Of a stretch of 64,000 bases of DNA, positions 24,923-34,755 are shown piece by piece. This DNA is from a virus. The first letter of the stretch is position 1, and the number at the start of each line of letters is the position of its first letter. Made by a program: the position numbers and the translations under genes. Location: IMG/VR virus record IMGVR_UViG_3300017613_002395; one strand, 5' to 3'. The notes beneath the pieces are model-generated. The model was not told the DNA's origin. It saw only the letters and a program-made list of their open reading frames with translations, and did not search any database.

Positions 24923-26614
24923 ATGCCATTGCCATTGCCAAAACAAGGGGAGGCCAAGGATGCTTTTGTGGCCCGTTGTGTGGCAAGTGATGCAATGGTC
25001 GATGAGTATGGTGACGACAAACAGAGGCTCGCAGTGTGTTTCTCTCAGTGGGAGAGGGCCCAGGAGCAAAAAGATATGTCCGTGAATGATAAGCTGCTCA
25101 AGGTGATTCGGTCTCGGCAGCAGAAGCAAACCGAGTTTGCCTACGGCATTCTGACGGCTGATCGGTACGTCCAGACACTGAGCGACGTTGCTGGTTTTGA
25201 GGTTTGCTATCGTTATGGTTGTCAGGGGCATGTCAGCTTCAATGATGCATTGGAGAAGGCTGCCAAGACCCTGGTCTACAGCAATCCCGACATGGTCTTG
25301 CTTGATAAGGCCAGGGATCAGTACAGCCGACTGTCGGGGGAAAGGGATCTGCCGAAGAACACGTTGATGGTTTTTCGGCATGTGCTTACTACCAGCAGGA
25401 AAGACCGCGATGGGGATGTTCTTCATGCAGATGGCATGGAAACCGACCCGAAGATGCTCCTGCTTTGGCAGCACGTTCACACAATGCCAATCGGTAAAAT
25501 GCTGGCCGAGGTGGATCGGACCAAAGACAAACTGATCCTCGATTCATGCATCATTGACATCAATGATTTGTCCCACGATGCTGCCGTCATGATTGACAAT
25601 GACATGGGCCGCTTTTCGCATGGGTTCCGTGCTTTGGAATTCCAGAAAATCAAAGCCGAGGATGGATCGGATAGTGGCTTTGACATAACGAAGGGCGAGA
25701 TCATGGAGGAGAGCCTGGTATCGGTGCCGGCAAATCCGGATTCTGAAACCGAGCAGGTTCTGCTGTCATTGGTCGAAGGCAAGAAGCTCACAAGCCCGTT
25801 GATGAAAGAAGTAGGGAAAGGTATCCGCGAGAGGTTGCCGGTGACGGTGCCCGTTAAGCTGGATGTCAAGATGACCATCAATGGTCAGGAGGTGGAAGAT
25901 GAGAACAAGTCCGGAGATCGAAAAGAAGAGGGAGGAGGAGAAACAGGCACATCAGAAAAAGCCGATGAGGGTGGTGGAAAAGAAGGCAAGCAAAAGCCAA
26001 AGCCCGAAGACAAGGAAGTGAAATGCCCGAAGTGCGGCAGCACAGACATTGAGGATGGTGTGTGCCAGGACTGTGGTTACAAGATGCCCCCTTCCATTGA
26101 TTCTGGAAAAGATGCCGATGGGCAGGAGAAGGAATCATTTGATTGTGAGTGCCTGGATTGTGGCCATCAGGTGACTTCATCGAAGCACTGCGATGAGTTG
26201 GAGTGCCCTGAATGTGGTGGGGAGATGCGGAGAGCTGAAAGACCCGGTCCTGGCAAAGCCGGCAGGGTCATTTCGGGCACAAACGAGTCGAAGATTCGGG
26301 ATGCCAAAGCTGATATTGATGAGGTGCTGAAGTCGGATCAGCTTGATCGGACGTTGAAGGCCACACTTCGCCAAGCCAGCAGGACACTCGACGCTGTGCT
26401 TGCTTCGTTAGGCACACCAACGCAGAAGGATGAGGGATTGGATGTTGCTGATGTGGCAAACATTGTGTTGCAGAAATTCACAGCTGTTCAAAGGCAGATT
26501 TTGGCCGATGCAATTGGAACCATCCGTGAGGTGGATAAGCAGGAGGCAGAGGCTGCTGCTGTTAATGCATTGATGGGAATCAAATTCAATCCGAATCATG
26601 GGGAAGGCCATTGA
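24923..26614 (+). CDS. prohead protease (HK97 family) fused to a charged region, two zinc ribbons and a scaffold-like C-terminal part
   Basis: VLTTSRKDRDGDVLHADGME...LLWQHVHTMPIGKM (protease core). KCPKCGS...CQDCGY and CECLDCGH...CPECGG (zinc ribbons). Ends in GIKFNPNHGEGH. Confidence 0.7.
   Translation: MPLPLPKQGEAKDAFVARCVASDAMVDEYGDDKQRLAVCFSQWERAQEQKDMSVNDKLLKVIRSRQQKQTEFAYGILTADRYVQTLSDVAGFEVCYRYGCQGHVSFNDALEKAAKTLVYSNPDMVLLDKARDQYSRLSGERDLPKNTLMVFRHVLTTSRKDRDGDVLHADGMETDPKMLLLWQHVHTMPIGKMLAEVDRTKDKLILDSCIIDINDLSHDAAVMIDNDMGRFSHGFRALEFQKIKAEDGSDSGFDITKGEIMEESLVSVPANPDSETEQVLLSLVEGKKLTSPLMKEVGKGIRERLPVTVPVKLDVKMTINGQEVEDENKSGDRKEEGGGETGTSEKADEGGGKEGKQKPKPEDKEVKCPKCGSTDIEDGVCQDCGYKMPPSIDSGKDADGQEKESFDCECLDCGHQVTSSKHCDELECPECGGEMRRAERPGPGKAGRVISGTNESKIRDAKADIDEVLKSDQLDRTLKATLRQASRTLDAVLASLGTPTQKDEGLDVADVANIVLQKFTAVQRQILADAIGTIREVDKQEAEAAAVNALMGIKFNPNHGEGH
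26576..26611 (+). repeat. truncated linker motif L5 (GIKFNPNHGEGH) at the protease C-terminus
   Basis: Same KFNPxHG core as L1-L4. Confidence 0.6.
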
Positions 26615-26711
26615 GATTAGATCTCCCAATCCATTCCCCATCAGGAAAGCGACACGTCGCGGTTTGGTCCGTGATGGTCACAGCGATCGGTCTTAGTTGA
26701 AAGGTTCAAAA

Positions 26712-28352
26712 ATGAAAATGACCGGAGCTCTTAAGAAGTGGCTCGTCGAGAACTGCGACGTGAAGACGGACGCCAGTGATGACGAGTTCAAGAAGGCCGC
26801 CAGCGAGGCACTGATGGACGGCAAGTTGTCGACCGAAAAGTTCGCTGAGTTGTCCAAGGATGAGGCGACTGAGAAGGCAAACGAATTTGCCAAGAAGTTT
26901 GATGTCATTGCCGACAACCTGACCAAGGTTGTTGGTCTCCTGACTCCGAATGAGGAAGAGGAAAAGATCAAGGACGGCGAGAAGAAAACCGAGGAGTCCA
27001 AGGAGAAAAAGATCAAGGACGGCGAGAAGAAAACCGAGGAGTCCAAGGAGAAAAAGACCCCCAGCCGGTTGGCCAAGATGGTTGCCGAGCTTGGTGGCAC
27101 CCCGGTCGAGGTCGACGGCAAGGATATTGATGCAAGGGTCAAGGATGCTTCCGAATCCTACGCCACGACGAAGTCGGCCCTCACCTATCCCGATCGGACC
27201 AAGGGCGGAGGCAGACACCCCCTTGCTGGTCAGCGGGTCCAGGTGCAAGGTGTGGGCATCGACAACTCCAGCGAATTGGACAAGGCCCTGAGTGGTGTAT
27301 GGTCCAAATTCCAAATCCTGTCCATTACACCCCGTATTGCCGGCTCGAAGCGGCGGGCGTGGGAGATGATGACAGACCATGAGAAGGGACTGCTTTGTCA
27401 CTTGGTGGAGAATTGTGACTGGGATGCCAGCACCGATGAGCATGTGAAAACGGTCAGGGGTTATGGTGGTGGAATCAAAGCCCTGATCGATGACTCCACC
27501 TCGGGCGGTCTGGAAGCAGCTCCGATTGTGTTTGACAACGAGGTCATCCAGGCTCCGTTGCTCAATGGTGAGTTGTACCCATTGGTGGATGAGAAGCCCC
27601 TGGACCGTGGCCGACGAATCGAGGGCGTCTCGACAGGCACGGTGACCGGGTCTTGGGGCGGCGTAGACGCATCGGCCATTTCGCTGTTCAATACGGCGTC
27701 CTATGTGGCGGCATTCGACACGACGGTCTACCGTTGGGAAGGTGCTGTGCAGGTGGGCCTGGACTTCCTCAGCGATACGCCCATCGATTTCAACTCTCAC
27801 ATCACGTCCCAATACGGACAGCGGTTGCTGGAGGATCTGGACGACGTGATCGCGGTTGGCAACGGAACAACGCAGCCGCAGGGAGTGATGAATGCTTCCG
27901 GTACAACCAGTGTTGCATTCGGTGGCGCAACGAGTATTGGTGCCTACGAGAGCTTGAGGTTCTCGGTTCACAAGCGGGAGCATACCGCAGGTGTGAAGAA
28001 CACGGCCGTCTTCTGCGGCACGGAGACGTCTTATCAGCGGGCAATTGGGCTGCCCGTTGGTGCGGCGGACAACCGCCGTCTGTTCGACACACAGACTGGA
28101 GCCAATTACGATGGCTACAGCTTTATGCAGCGATCGTACAAGATCAACGAGAGCCTGACAAACTCTCAGATCTTCTACGCAATCCTCGGCCGCTATCGGA
28201 TGTACCGACGCAAGGGCTTCACAGTCCGAACGTCGACCGAGGGCGATACGTTGATGCGTAACAACGAGATGCTGATCGTTGTGATGGCTCGGTATGGTGG
28301 ACAGATGGAGCGTGGTGCCTGTGCAGGAGTGACGACAACGGCTCCTGCCTGA
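26712..28352 (+). CDS. major capsid protein (HK97 fold) with N-terminal delta/scaffold-like domain
   Basis: ~546 aa. Charged coiled-coil N-terminus, then an HK97-like body. Follows the protease and is followed by a strong terminator. Confidence 0.8.
   Translation: MKMTGALKKWLVENCDVKTDASDDEFKKAASEALMDGKLSTEKFAELSKDEATEKANEFAKKFDVIADNLTKVVGLLTPNEEEEKIKDGEKKTEESKEKKIKDGEKKTEESKEKKTPSRLAKMVAELGGTPVEVDGKDIDARVKDASESYATTKSALTYPDRTKGGGRHPLAGQRVQVQGVGIDNSSELDKALSGVWSKFQILSITPRIAGSKRRAWEMMTDHEKGLLCHLVENCDWDASTDEHVKTVRGYGGGIKALIDDSTSGGLEAAPIVFDNEVIQAPLLNGELYPLVDEKPLDRGRRIEGVSTGTVTGSWGGVDASAISLFNTASYVAAFDTTVYRWEGAVQVGLDFLSDTPIDFNSHITSQYGQRLLEDLDDVIAVGNGTTQPQGVMNASGTTSVAFGGATSIGAYESLRFSVHKREHTAGVKNTAVFCGTETSYQRAIGLPVGAADNRRLFDTQTGANYDGYSFMQRSYKINESLTNSQIFYAILGRYRMYRRKGFTVRTSTEGDTLMRNNEMLIVVMARYGGQMERGACAGVTTTAPA
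26964..27053 (+). repeat. perfect 45-nt tandem duplication (KIKDGEKKTEESKEK x2)
   Basis: Units 26964-27008 and 27009-27053 are identical and in frame. Confidence 0.95.
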
Positions 28353-28369
28353 TGTAGTTTCCCAGCAGG

Positions 28370-28416
28370 GCCCGGAGTCAGTTTTGTTCTCCGGCTGGCT
28401 CCGGGCTGATTTTTTA
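28370..28416 (+). terminator. intrinsic terminator after the capsid gene
   Basis: gcccggag...ctccgggc stem (with an inner ccggag/ctccgg alternative), followed by tgatttttt. Confidence 0.6.
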
Positions 28417-28441
28417 TGGAGAACATTTCAAGGAGAACGTG

Positions 28442-29047
28442 ATGCCTGTGACTGAAAAGAAAAAACTAGCAGCCGTGAGTCCCTTCGGGATCGAGGCCGA
28501 TCACCCCCGCAATTGTGATCTGCTTCTGGGATCGTTGGCCAACACCCGTCTTCGCAGCACAATCAAGCCGACGAAGATGGTGTTTGACCGAGAAGATGGA
28601 GAGATGATTGAACGGCCGGCTGCTGCTGGGATGATCGATGGACTGCCGGCTGTCATTCCTGGGATGCAGCTACATGTCAATCCAGGGGATTGTACATGCA
28701 CCGTCATCGATCCGCTCTATGAAGATGAAGACACGCTGGAGAAGATCCGCAAAGCCATGAAGCGGAGTGGTGTTTTCATTTCGGTAGCCGATAAGATTCG
28801 GGGGCTGCCAACCAAAAAACACACGTTGAAACAGGACGAGATGAAGACGTTGGTGCGGGAGCTGTTTAATCTGATCGAGGCTCAGGAGGCACGGGTGGTG
28901 CGGGGCACAGCCCCCGCCATGGAAGACATCGAGGATCTGCCCGGTCATTTTCTGACCATCCCGGTCAATTCAGGGGGATGGAAAGTGCCCAGGTATGAGA
29001 AGGACATGGATGCCTGGGTTGACAGTTTGAATCGAATAGGGGGCTAA
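28442..29047 (+). CDS. hypothetical head-associated protein
   Basis: RBS AAGGAGA. 201 aa. Confidence 0.5.
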   Translation: MPVTEKKKLAAVSPFGIEADHPRNCDLLLGSLANTRLRSTIKPTKMVFDREDGEMIERPAAAGMIDGLPAVIPGMQLHVNPGDCTCTVIDPLYEDEDTLEKIRKAMKRSGVFISVADKIRGLPTKKHTLKQDEMKTLVRELFNLIEAQEARVVRGTAPAMEDIEDLPGHFLTIPVNSGGWKVPRYEKDMDAWVDSLNRIGG

Positions 29048-29052
29048 TCGTC

Positions 29053-29523
29053 GTGGCTACGTTCAGAAACCCATCAAAGGCTACACAAAATGCACGCAGC
29101 CGTCGCATTGCGCAGGCTGGGGAGAAAGCCGCCCGTTTTGAATGGTTTCTGAAAGAGGTGAGTGACACGGTGGAGTTGAGCCTTTTGCAGAGGATGAAAG
29201 TAGCCACCGAGTACCTCAAGAGCAAAGTGGTGGTGAACATATCGAGACCCGTGATTAAGGGCAAGGGTCCCCGTGGCGGGAATGTGGTTATTGGCAGAAG
29301 CAAACCGGGCGAATTTCCAAAGGCCGAAACCACCCAATTGATGAAGACCATTTTTCATAAGGTGGTTCGCCCACCTGGGAGTGGTTTTATCGATGGCATT
29401 GTGGGAACACCATTGGATTATGGTGTGATTTTGGAGACAAGAATGTTCCGGTCGTTTCTGGTTCGTACATTGAATGAGGAAAGGATGAACATAACCCGCA
29501 TTTTGACAGGGCCCATTCGATGA
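29053..29523 (+). CDS. HK97 gp10-like head-tail joining protein
   Basis: 156 aa. Position fits, and the GEFPKAETTQLMKTIF pattern matches. Confidence 0.45.
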   Translation: MATFRNPSKATQNARSRRIAQAGEKAARFEWFLKEVSDTVELSLLQRMKVATEYLKSKVVVNISRPVIKGKGPRGGNVVIGRSKPGEFPKAETTQLMKTIFHKVVRPPGSGFIDGIVGTPLDYGVILETRMFRSFLVRTLNEERMNITRILTGPIR

Positions 29524-30020
29524 GTGTGTCCACAGCCGCATTCTATAAGGCCATTGTTACTGCTTGGAAGAACAGCGGCCTGGACGATTTGTTCAAGGCT
29601 TTGTGGAGCGATCCGACCAGTACCGAGTATTTGGTACTGAATGATCAGTTGGCTTTGGGGGGTCAGCCTTTTCCCTTTTGCGTGATGGAGGTTGTTTCCC
29701 CCACTACCACGGACAGAATGTCCGGTGGTGTGCATGCCCTGAGAGAGATTCGGGACATCACTGTCAACTTCAACCTGCATGCCAGGGATGTCGATGGTGA
29801 TACAAGGACAAACAAAGAGATAGCAGCTTACCTGGCTGAAGAGGTGATGAAGGTGTTCGGAGGACATCCTACACAATCGCCTTCTGCAGTGATCCAATTG
29901 GAGAATGGAAATCACCTGATCACGCGCTACGACAACGACTACAGCATTCGCACGGGTGACGAAGAGACGCAATGGGTATTGGTGTTTACTTTTCGTATTG
30001 ATACGCCCGTAGCAGTTTAG
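29520..30020 (+). CDS. tail terminator / tail completion-like protein
   Basis: 166 aa. ATGA junction. Sits before the tail tube. Confidence 0.4.
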   Translation: MSVSTAAFYKAIVTAWKNSGLDDLFKALWSDPTSTEYLVLNDQLALGGQPFPFCVMEVVSPTTTDRMSGGVHALREIRDITVNFNLHARDVDGDTRTNKEIAAYLAEEVMKVFGGHPTQSPSAVIQLENGNHLITRYDNDYSIRTGDEETQWVLVFTFRIDTPVAV

Positions 30021-30029
30021 GAGTAAGCC

Positions 30030-30797
30030 ATGACTCGAAGCATCAGCAGCCCGAAAGTTAATTTCAAGATGTCGGGCAGTCTGCGAAACACTCTGACCGA
30101 CGATTCCAGTGTGAGTGTTGCTCAGCCAAATTTCAACTACTCCCCAACACTGACTAACGGGGTGAGTGCAAATCAAGTCAATCGGGCATGGCAATCTGAG
30201 GGACGCTCCATTGTTGAAGGTGCGCAGGAAACAATCAACGTCAGTACATTCGACGGACTGGATATTGGGGCTGGCGATGGCATGGATGCGTTGGGTCAGG
30301 CGCTAGATCTCGAAGAGATCGTTGCGATTGTGATTCAAAACGACGGGGCCGTAACTGCTGCCGGCCGGCTGGAAATCATCCCGGCAAACTCCCATGGATG
30401 GGACCCGATTGGCAGCCACACAGTGGCAAACGGTGGGGCCCTCCGGGGCCAGGGTGTGTTGATCAAGGCCCAAGTAGCCGAGGCCGGTTTTGACGTTGCA
30501 CCAGGCACCACCGATCGAATCACAATGAGGGCTGTCGGGGGAGCCGTCACATACTCGATTTACATCTTGGGACGTCATGATGATGGTGAATCGAGCAGCT
30601 CTAGTCAGTCCAGTAGTTCGAGCAGCGAATCGTCCAGTAGTTCGAGCAGTGCCAGCAGTTCGGTCAGCACAAGTAGTATCAGCACAAGCTCGGTCAGCTC
30701 CAGTTCCAGTTCGATCAGCACAAGCAGTTCGTCGAGCAGTCAGAGTGATTTGTCTAGCTCTTCGAGTTCTAGCGAGAGTTCCAGCAGCCTGTCGTAA
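30030..30797 (+). CDS. virion protein with C-terminal Ser-rich tract
   Basis: RBS TAGGAG. ~185-aa beta-rich domain followed by SSSSQSSSSSSESS...SISTSS. Confidence 0.55.
   Translation: MTRSISSPKVNFKMSGSLRNTLTDDSSVSVAQPNFNYSPTLTNGVSANQVNRAWQSEGRSIVEGAQETINVSTFDGLDIGAGDGMDALGQALDLEEIVAIVIQNDGAVTAAGRLEIIPANSHGWDPIGSHTVANGGALRGQGVLIKAQVAEAGFDVAPGTTDRITMRAVGGAVTYSIYILGRHDDGESSSSSQSSSSSSESSSSSSSASSSVSTSSISTSSVSSSSSSISTSSSSSSQSDLSSSSSSSESSSSLS
30591..30794 (+). repeat. Ser-rich tract S3
   Basis: Contains the shared agttcgatcagcacaagc core. Confidence 0.9.
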
Positions 30798-30815
30798 GGC
30801 GAGGAGGTTTTACAG

Positions 30816-31247
30816 ATGTCGAGCCTAAACACGCTCACCGGAAGAAATGGGAAGTTCGTCGTTGGCACAACCCGTGTGACACGGACGACCCAATGGGGCG
30901 TTAGTCCTACTTTGGCAACCAAGTCTGAATGGGGTGATTCTGACAGCTCAGGATTTACAAACAGAGCTGCTGGTCGAAAGGACGCAACATTCAACGCCGA
31001 GGGCAAGTACGAGACCTCGACCGAGGTGTTCGATCTGTTTCAACCAGAGGACATCGCAATAGCAGTGCTCTGGATGAATGCTTCTGATCTCTACTGGGAT
31101 TTTCCCAGGGCATTGTGCATGGATTTTGGTCTGACGGTCAACGTCGATACCGAAGAGGTTATTGGCTGGACCAGTTCTTGGGGTGCCGATGGTGTGTTCT
31201 ATCGTCCTGGCGAGGCTGGGGCTACCAACCGGACCCTGCCCTCCTGA
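30816..31247 (+). CDS. major tail tube protein
   Basis: 143 aa. RBS GAGGAGG. GRNGKFVVGTTRVTRTTQWGVSP... pattern. Sits upstream of the chaperone and tape measure genes. Confidence 0.6.
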   Translation: MSSLNTLTGRNGKFVVGTTRVTRTTQWGVSPTLATKSEWGDSDSSGFTNRAAGRKDATFNAEGKYETSTEVFDLFQPEDIAIAVLWMNASDLYWDFPRALCMDFGLTVNVDTEEVIGWTSSWGADGVFYRPGEAGATNRTLPS

Positions 31248-31521
31248 TGCCTGGTGGCAACATGATGCTGGACGACCTGCATAGAGTTGTCAGAGTTGAG
31301 TACCATTACCTACCAACATGCCCCTGTTCAGAGTGCGTCTCAGAACGCGCTCGCAGGGGCATTGACGTCCCTCCTCACCAATCCCACCATGTCCACGTCT
31401 CCCCCGAAGCAGCTTTTCTTTTCCGACTGATTCCAACTCGAAGTCCCTGCGGATCGTTGGCCAGGCAACTGGCCCAGCAGGAAGATTGACATCCCGAACG
31501 TCCCAATTTAGGAGAACTACC

Positions 31522-32166
31522 ATGGGAACCGATCGAGAGGCCCGTGCTATGGCAGCAGGGCAACTGTTTACAGTTGATGGGGTTGAATACCGTCTGCGGC
31601 CCGTCGTCATCCAGAATCTGTGTGATTTGGAGATGGATGCCCTTGACCATTACAAGCGACAGTATTTGAAGACGTTCCGGGACAACACCGATCTGCTGGG
31701 TGATGGCGAAGGAACAAAATTGCTGGTCGAGAAGATGCAAGAAGCAGCCGGCTGGACCATTCAGGATCTGCCGCAGAAGGCTGCTTACGATGTGAGTCGC
31801 ATACCAATCACCGATAAGGTGAAAAAGTGGGCCTTGGCCGAATATGGGATTGAAGAAACAGAGGACGAAGAATCGAGTGAGAGGATGGTCAGGGCTTTGT
31901 TGGCGGCATCTCTGGACATGAGGAAAATCACACCGGAGAAAGTGAAGGCCATCAGCGGCAAGCGTCCCCTGGAGGGACGAGTCCGTTACGACCAATGGTG
32001 GGTGACATCATCGACGGCCGGTATGATTTCCTTCATCCACAATTCTGTGAGAATGGGACATCCAAATGTCACAAAAGAGACCATTGGATCGTGGCCTTAT
32101 GTGAAAATACTGGAGGCAGTCCGTGTGGTAGAGAGTCTCACTTCGGCGTCGTTGGGAAATGGATAG
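31522..32166 (+). CDS. tail assembly chaperone (gpG-like)
   Basis: ATG after AGGAGA. Directly upstream of the tape measure gene. A slippery heptamer sits two codons before its stop. Confidence 0.65.
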   Translation: MGTDREARAMAAGQLFTVDGVEYRLRPVVIQNLCDLEMDALDHYKRQYLKTFRDNTDLLGDGEGTKLLVEKMQEAAGWTIQDLPQKAAYDVSRIPITDKVKKWALAEYGIEETEDEESSERMVRALLAASLDMRKITPEKVKAISGKRPLEGRVRYDQWWVTSSTAGMISFIHNSVRMGHPNVTKETIGSWPYVKILEAVRVVESLTSASLGNG

Positions 32167-32609
32167 GGCTCGCTGCATTGGACCGAGCCTCCGAGGATGA
32201 GGAGGTGATTGAGGACAGCAGCGGGCTAACAGGAGGATTGACAGCCTATCATTTTCGGGTGCTATGTGAATCAGAATGGAATGGAGGGGGTGGTTACACG
32301 CTGCCTGAAGTTGGCCAGATGACGCTGGACCAGGTGTGGTGCCGGCTCTGCGACATGGACATGCTGAGGCGTTCGACAGGAAGATCAAAAAGTATGAGTT
32401 CTCTGGAGGCTCTGCATGCGGTGCCGGTTGGTGATGATGGCAAGGTCGCTGGACGGACAGCAGATGGGCAGCCGTTCCGGGCTCGGATTGGTGGCAAATC
32501 AATGGCGAGGCAGTTGATGGAAGCACAACAGGCAAAGGAAGCCAAAGCTGAAACGAAAACCAAACTCCGGAAACGGAGGAGAAAGAATCGTGGGACTTCA
32601 GCTAGCTAA
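31522..32609 (+). CDS. tail assembly chaperone frameshift product (gpGT-like; -1 shift at 32154-32160)
   Basis: The -1 frame (ORF 31995..32609) is open across the overlap and continues ...GKWIGLAAL... to just inside the tape measure start. Confidence 0.55.
32154..32160 (+). promoter_or_regulatory. -1 programmed frameshift slippery heptamer G GGA AAT
   Basis: X XXY YYZ in the zero frame (codons GGA AAT at 32155-32160), 3 nt before the TAG at 32164. Confidence 0.6.
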
Positions 32610-34746
32610 AGCTTTCGTTTTGATTCGAGCTGACAAGAGTAAATTGGCATCCGATCTCAAGGGTGTGCAAAAGGAAACCGAGTCAGCAATGACGTCCATT
32701 GGCAGCGGGGTGGGTGCCCGCATGACTGCCATGATTGGTGGTCTTGCTGCTGGGTTTGGTGTTCTGAAATCAATGAATCTTGCCGGGCAGTTTGAACAGA
32801 CAACCATTGCCTTCGAGACCATGATCGGGTCCGCCGAAGAAACGAAGAAGACATTGGCTGATCTGTCTGAGTTCGCTGCTTTGACACCATTTGAGATGCC
32901 CGAGATCCTGCAAGCTGCAAGGGGGCTGATTCAGTTTGGTGAGCTCGGCGATGAGATGATGGAGACGCTAGAGATGCTTGGCAATGCCGCCGCAGGCACG
33001 TCGATACCGTTTGGATTTTTGGCATTGGTGTTCAACCAGGTGCGTGGTGTTGGCAAATTACTTACTCAGGACTTCCGCCAGTTGTCTATCCGTGGCATCC
33101 TGTCGCTTCAGGATATAGCCGATCATTTTGATGTGACAAGGGAAGCGGCCCAGAAGATGATTAGTACTGGTAAAATCAGCTTTGAAGATGTGCGGGCAAT
33201 TTTCAAGGGCTTGAGCGAGGAGGGTGGTCGGTTTCACAACTTGATGGAGAGGCAGTCCAGATCGTTGCTCGGTAAGTGGAGTACACTGAAGGACACATTA
33301 AACATAATCTCCCGTACATTGGGAGAGGTGTTGGCTCCTGTAGCGAAGGATTTCTTGACTGGTGTTATTACAATAGCAGAAAACATCAGAGTGTGGGTGG
33401 ATGAAAACGGGAATCTTTTGAAGTCGTTTGGAAAACAAATAGAAACCATGATCAAAGTAGCTGCTGCTATTACGGCTGTGACAGTTGCCCTCAAACTATA
33501 TCGTTTGGGTGTGCAAGCTGCTGCTAGGGCTCAGGCTATTTTCATGGCTCTATCTGGACCGAAGGGGTGGGCCCAGTTGGTTGCTGGATTTACAATTGCT
33601 GCATTTGCTGTTGCTGGAGTTGAGAAGGTTTTCAATACCGCTATGAAGGGTGTGGAAGACGATACGGATGGTGCTAAGAAAAAGACAGATGAGCTGAAGG
33701 ATGCCCTTGATGAAGTGATCGAAACCAAAACGGGCATCGAATCATTGTCGTCGGCTTTTCAGAGTTTGGGCACGTCTGTTGAGAATATACCGTTTGATTC
33801 CCTCAAATCCATGGACCAGATGAGTGCCCGGTTTGGTGAATTAGAAAAGAGAATGTTTGTGCTGAAGGAGCAACTCAAAGCGGAGGACCTTATCGAGTCA
33901 GGCACATTTCGTCCCAGCCTTGAGAACAAGACGTCTATGGCTGTAAAAAGCAAGATGTGGGCCATGCAACCGGAGTTCAAAGAGCTGAAGGGCATCTCTG
34001 ACCTGTTTGGTGGGTTTGAAAACATGGCCAGGGATTTGTCAGATATGTTTGGATCTATCAAATCCCCTATGGAGGATTGGGAGGAATTTGAAAGAAAGGT
34101 CAATGTTTTTCGGGAGCGGGGCATGCTTACAGACGAGCAAGCCAAGAATATTTTGGGTTTGCATTGGGATAAGACAGAGATGGGTCAAATTGGAATACAA
34201 CTTTCGGAGATGGAACAAGAGGCTGATTTGTTATCTGGTAAATTGACCGAGGCCAAAGTCAAGCTGATGGAGTTCAGTAACATTCCCAGTGTGACCGATG
34301 TTCAGATCAGTGCATTCAAGGACCTGCAGAATCATATAGCTGATTTGAAGAAGACGGCCGAATTGAAAGAGTTGGGAAACCAGATCACTGAGTCCCTGGC
34401 AACGCCGGCTGAGAAAGCCCGGAAGGAAGCCAGGGAGCTGTGGGATCTGTACGATGAGGGTTTTATCACACCCGAGAATGCCCTGCGGGGTTTGGATCGC
34501 CTGGAGAAGCAGATGGGTGGGCTGCTGGAGAAAGAATGGGTCATCCAGGGGCGGGTGGGCTTTTCCGAGTTTGGTCAACGAATTCAGGAAGCGTTCCTTC
34601 GACCAGACGATCCGGCCAAGGTCTCGGCTGAAGAATCCAAGAAGCAGACTACACTCTTGGATCAGTTGAACAAGGCTGCTGATAAAATCCAGGAAAAGAT
34701 GGACGAGAACAAAGACAACGACGTCGTTTTGGCCCCGCCTGAATAG
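32590..34746 (+). CDS. tail tape measure protein
   Basis: 718 aa, GTG start after GGAGGAGAAAG. TP901-type N-terminal tape-measure pattern (QFEQTTIAFETMIGSAEETKKTLADLSEFAALTPFE), then a long helical region. Confidence 0.8.
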   Translation: MGLQLAKAFVLIRADKSKLASDLKGVQKETESAMTSIGSGVGARMTAMIGGLAAGFGVLKSMNLAGQFEQTTIAFETMIGSAEETKKTLADLSEFAALTPFEMPEILQAARGLIQFGELGDEMMETLEMLGNAAAGTSIPFGFLALVFNQVRGVGKLLTQDFRQLSIRGILSLQDIADHFDVTREAAQKMISTGKISFEDVRAIFKGLSEEGGRFHNLMERQSRSLLGKWSTLKDTLNIISRTLGEVLAPVAKDFLTGVITIAENIRVWVDENGNLLKSFGKQIETMIKVAAAITAVTVALKLYRLGVQAAARAQAIFMALSGPKGWAQLVAGFTIAAFAVAGVEKVFNTAMKGVEDDTDGAKKKTDELKDALDEVIETKTGIESLSSAFQSLGTSVENIPFDSLKSMDQMSARFGELEKRMFVLKEQLKAEDLIESGTFRPSLENKTSMAVKSKMWAMQPEFKELKGISDLFGGFENMARDLSDMFGSIKSPMEDWEEFERKVNVFRERGMLTDEQAKNILGLHWDKTEMGQIGIQLSEMEQEADLLSGKLTEAKVKLMEFSNIPSVTDVQISAFKDLQNHIADLKKTAELKELGNQITESLATPAEKARKEARELWDLYDEGFITPENALRGLDRLEKQMGGLLEKEWVIQGRVGFSEFGQRIQEAFLRPDDPAKVSAEESKKQTTLLDQLNKAADKIQEKMDENKDNDVVLAPPE

Positions 34747-34755
34747 GAGTGGGTG

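Noticed and set aside
24599-25480. 293-aa minus-strand ORF antisense to the protease gene. Similar long antisense ORFs occur at 52660-53493 and 60235-61257.
   Set aside because: No RBS and no recognisable domains. The plus-strand partners carry clear protease, DUF932 and primase motifs. The contrast with 19850-20677 is the point: only that antisense ORF has real domain signatures.
26706-27983. 425-aa minus-strand ORF antisense to the major capsid gene (also 26693-27142).
   Set aside because: The capsid gene is GC3-rich, which keeps the antisense frames open. The translation is Arg/Gly/Leu-rich with no motif, whereas the plus strand has a clear HK97-type capsid protein.
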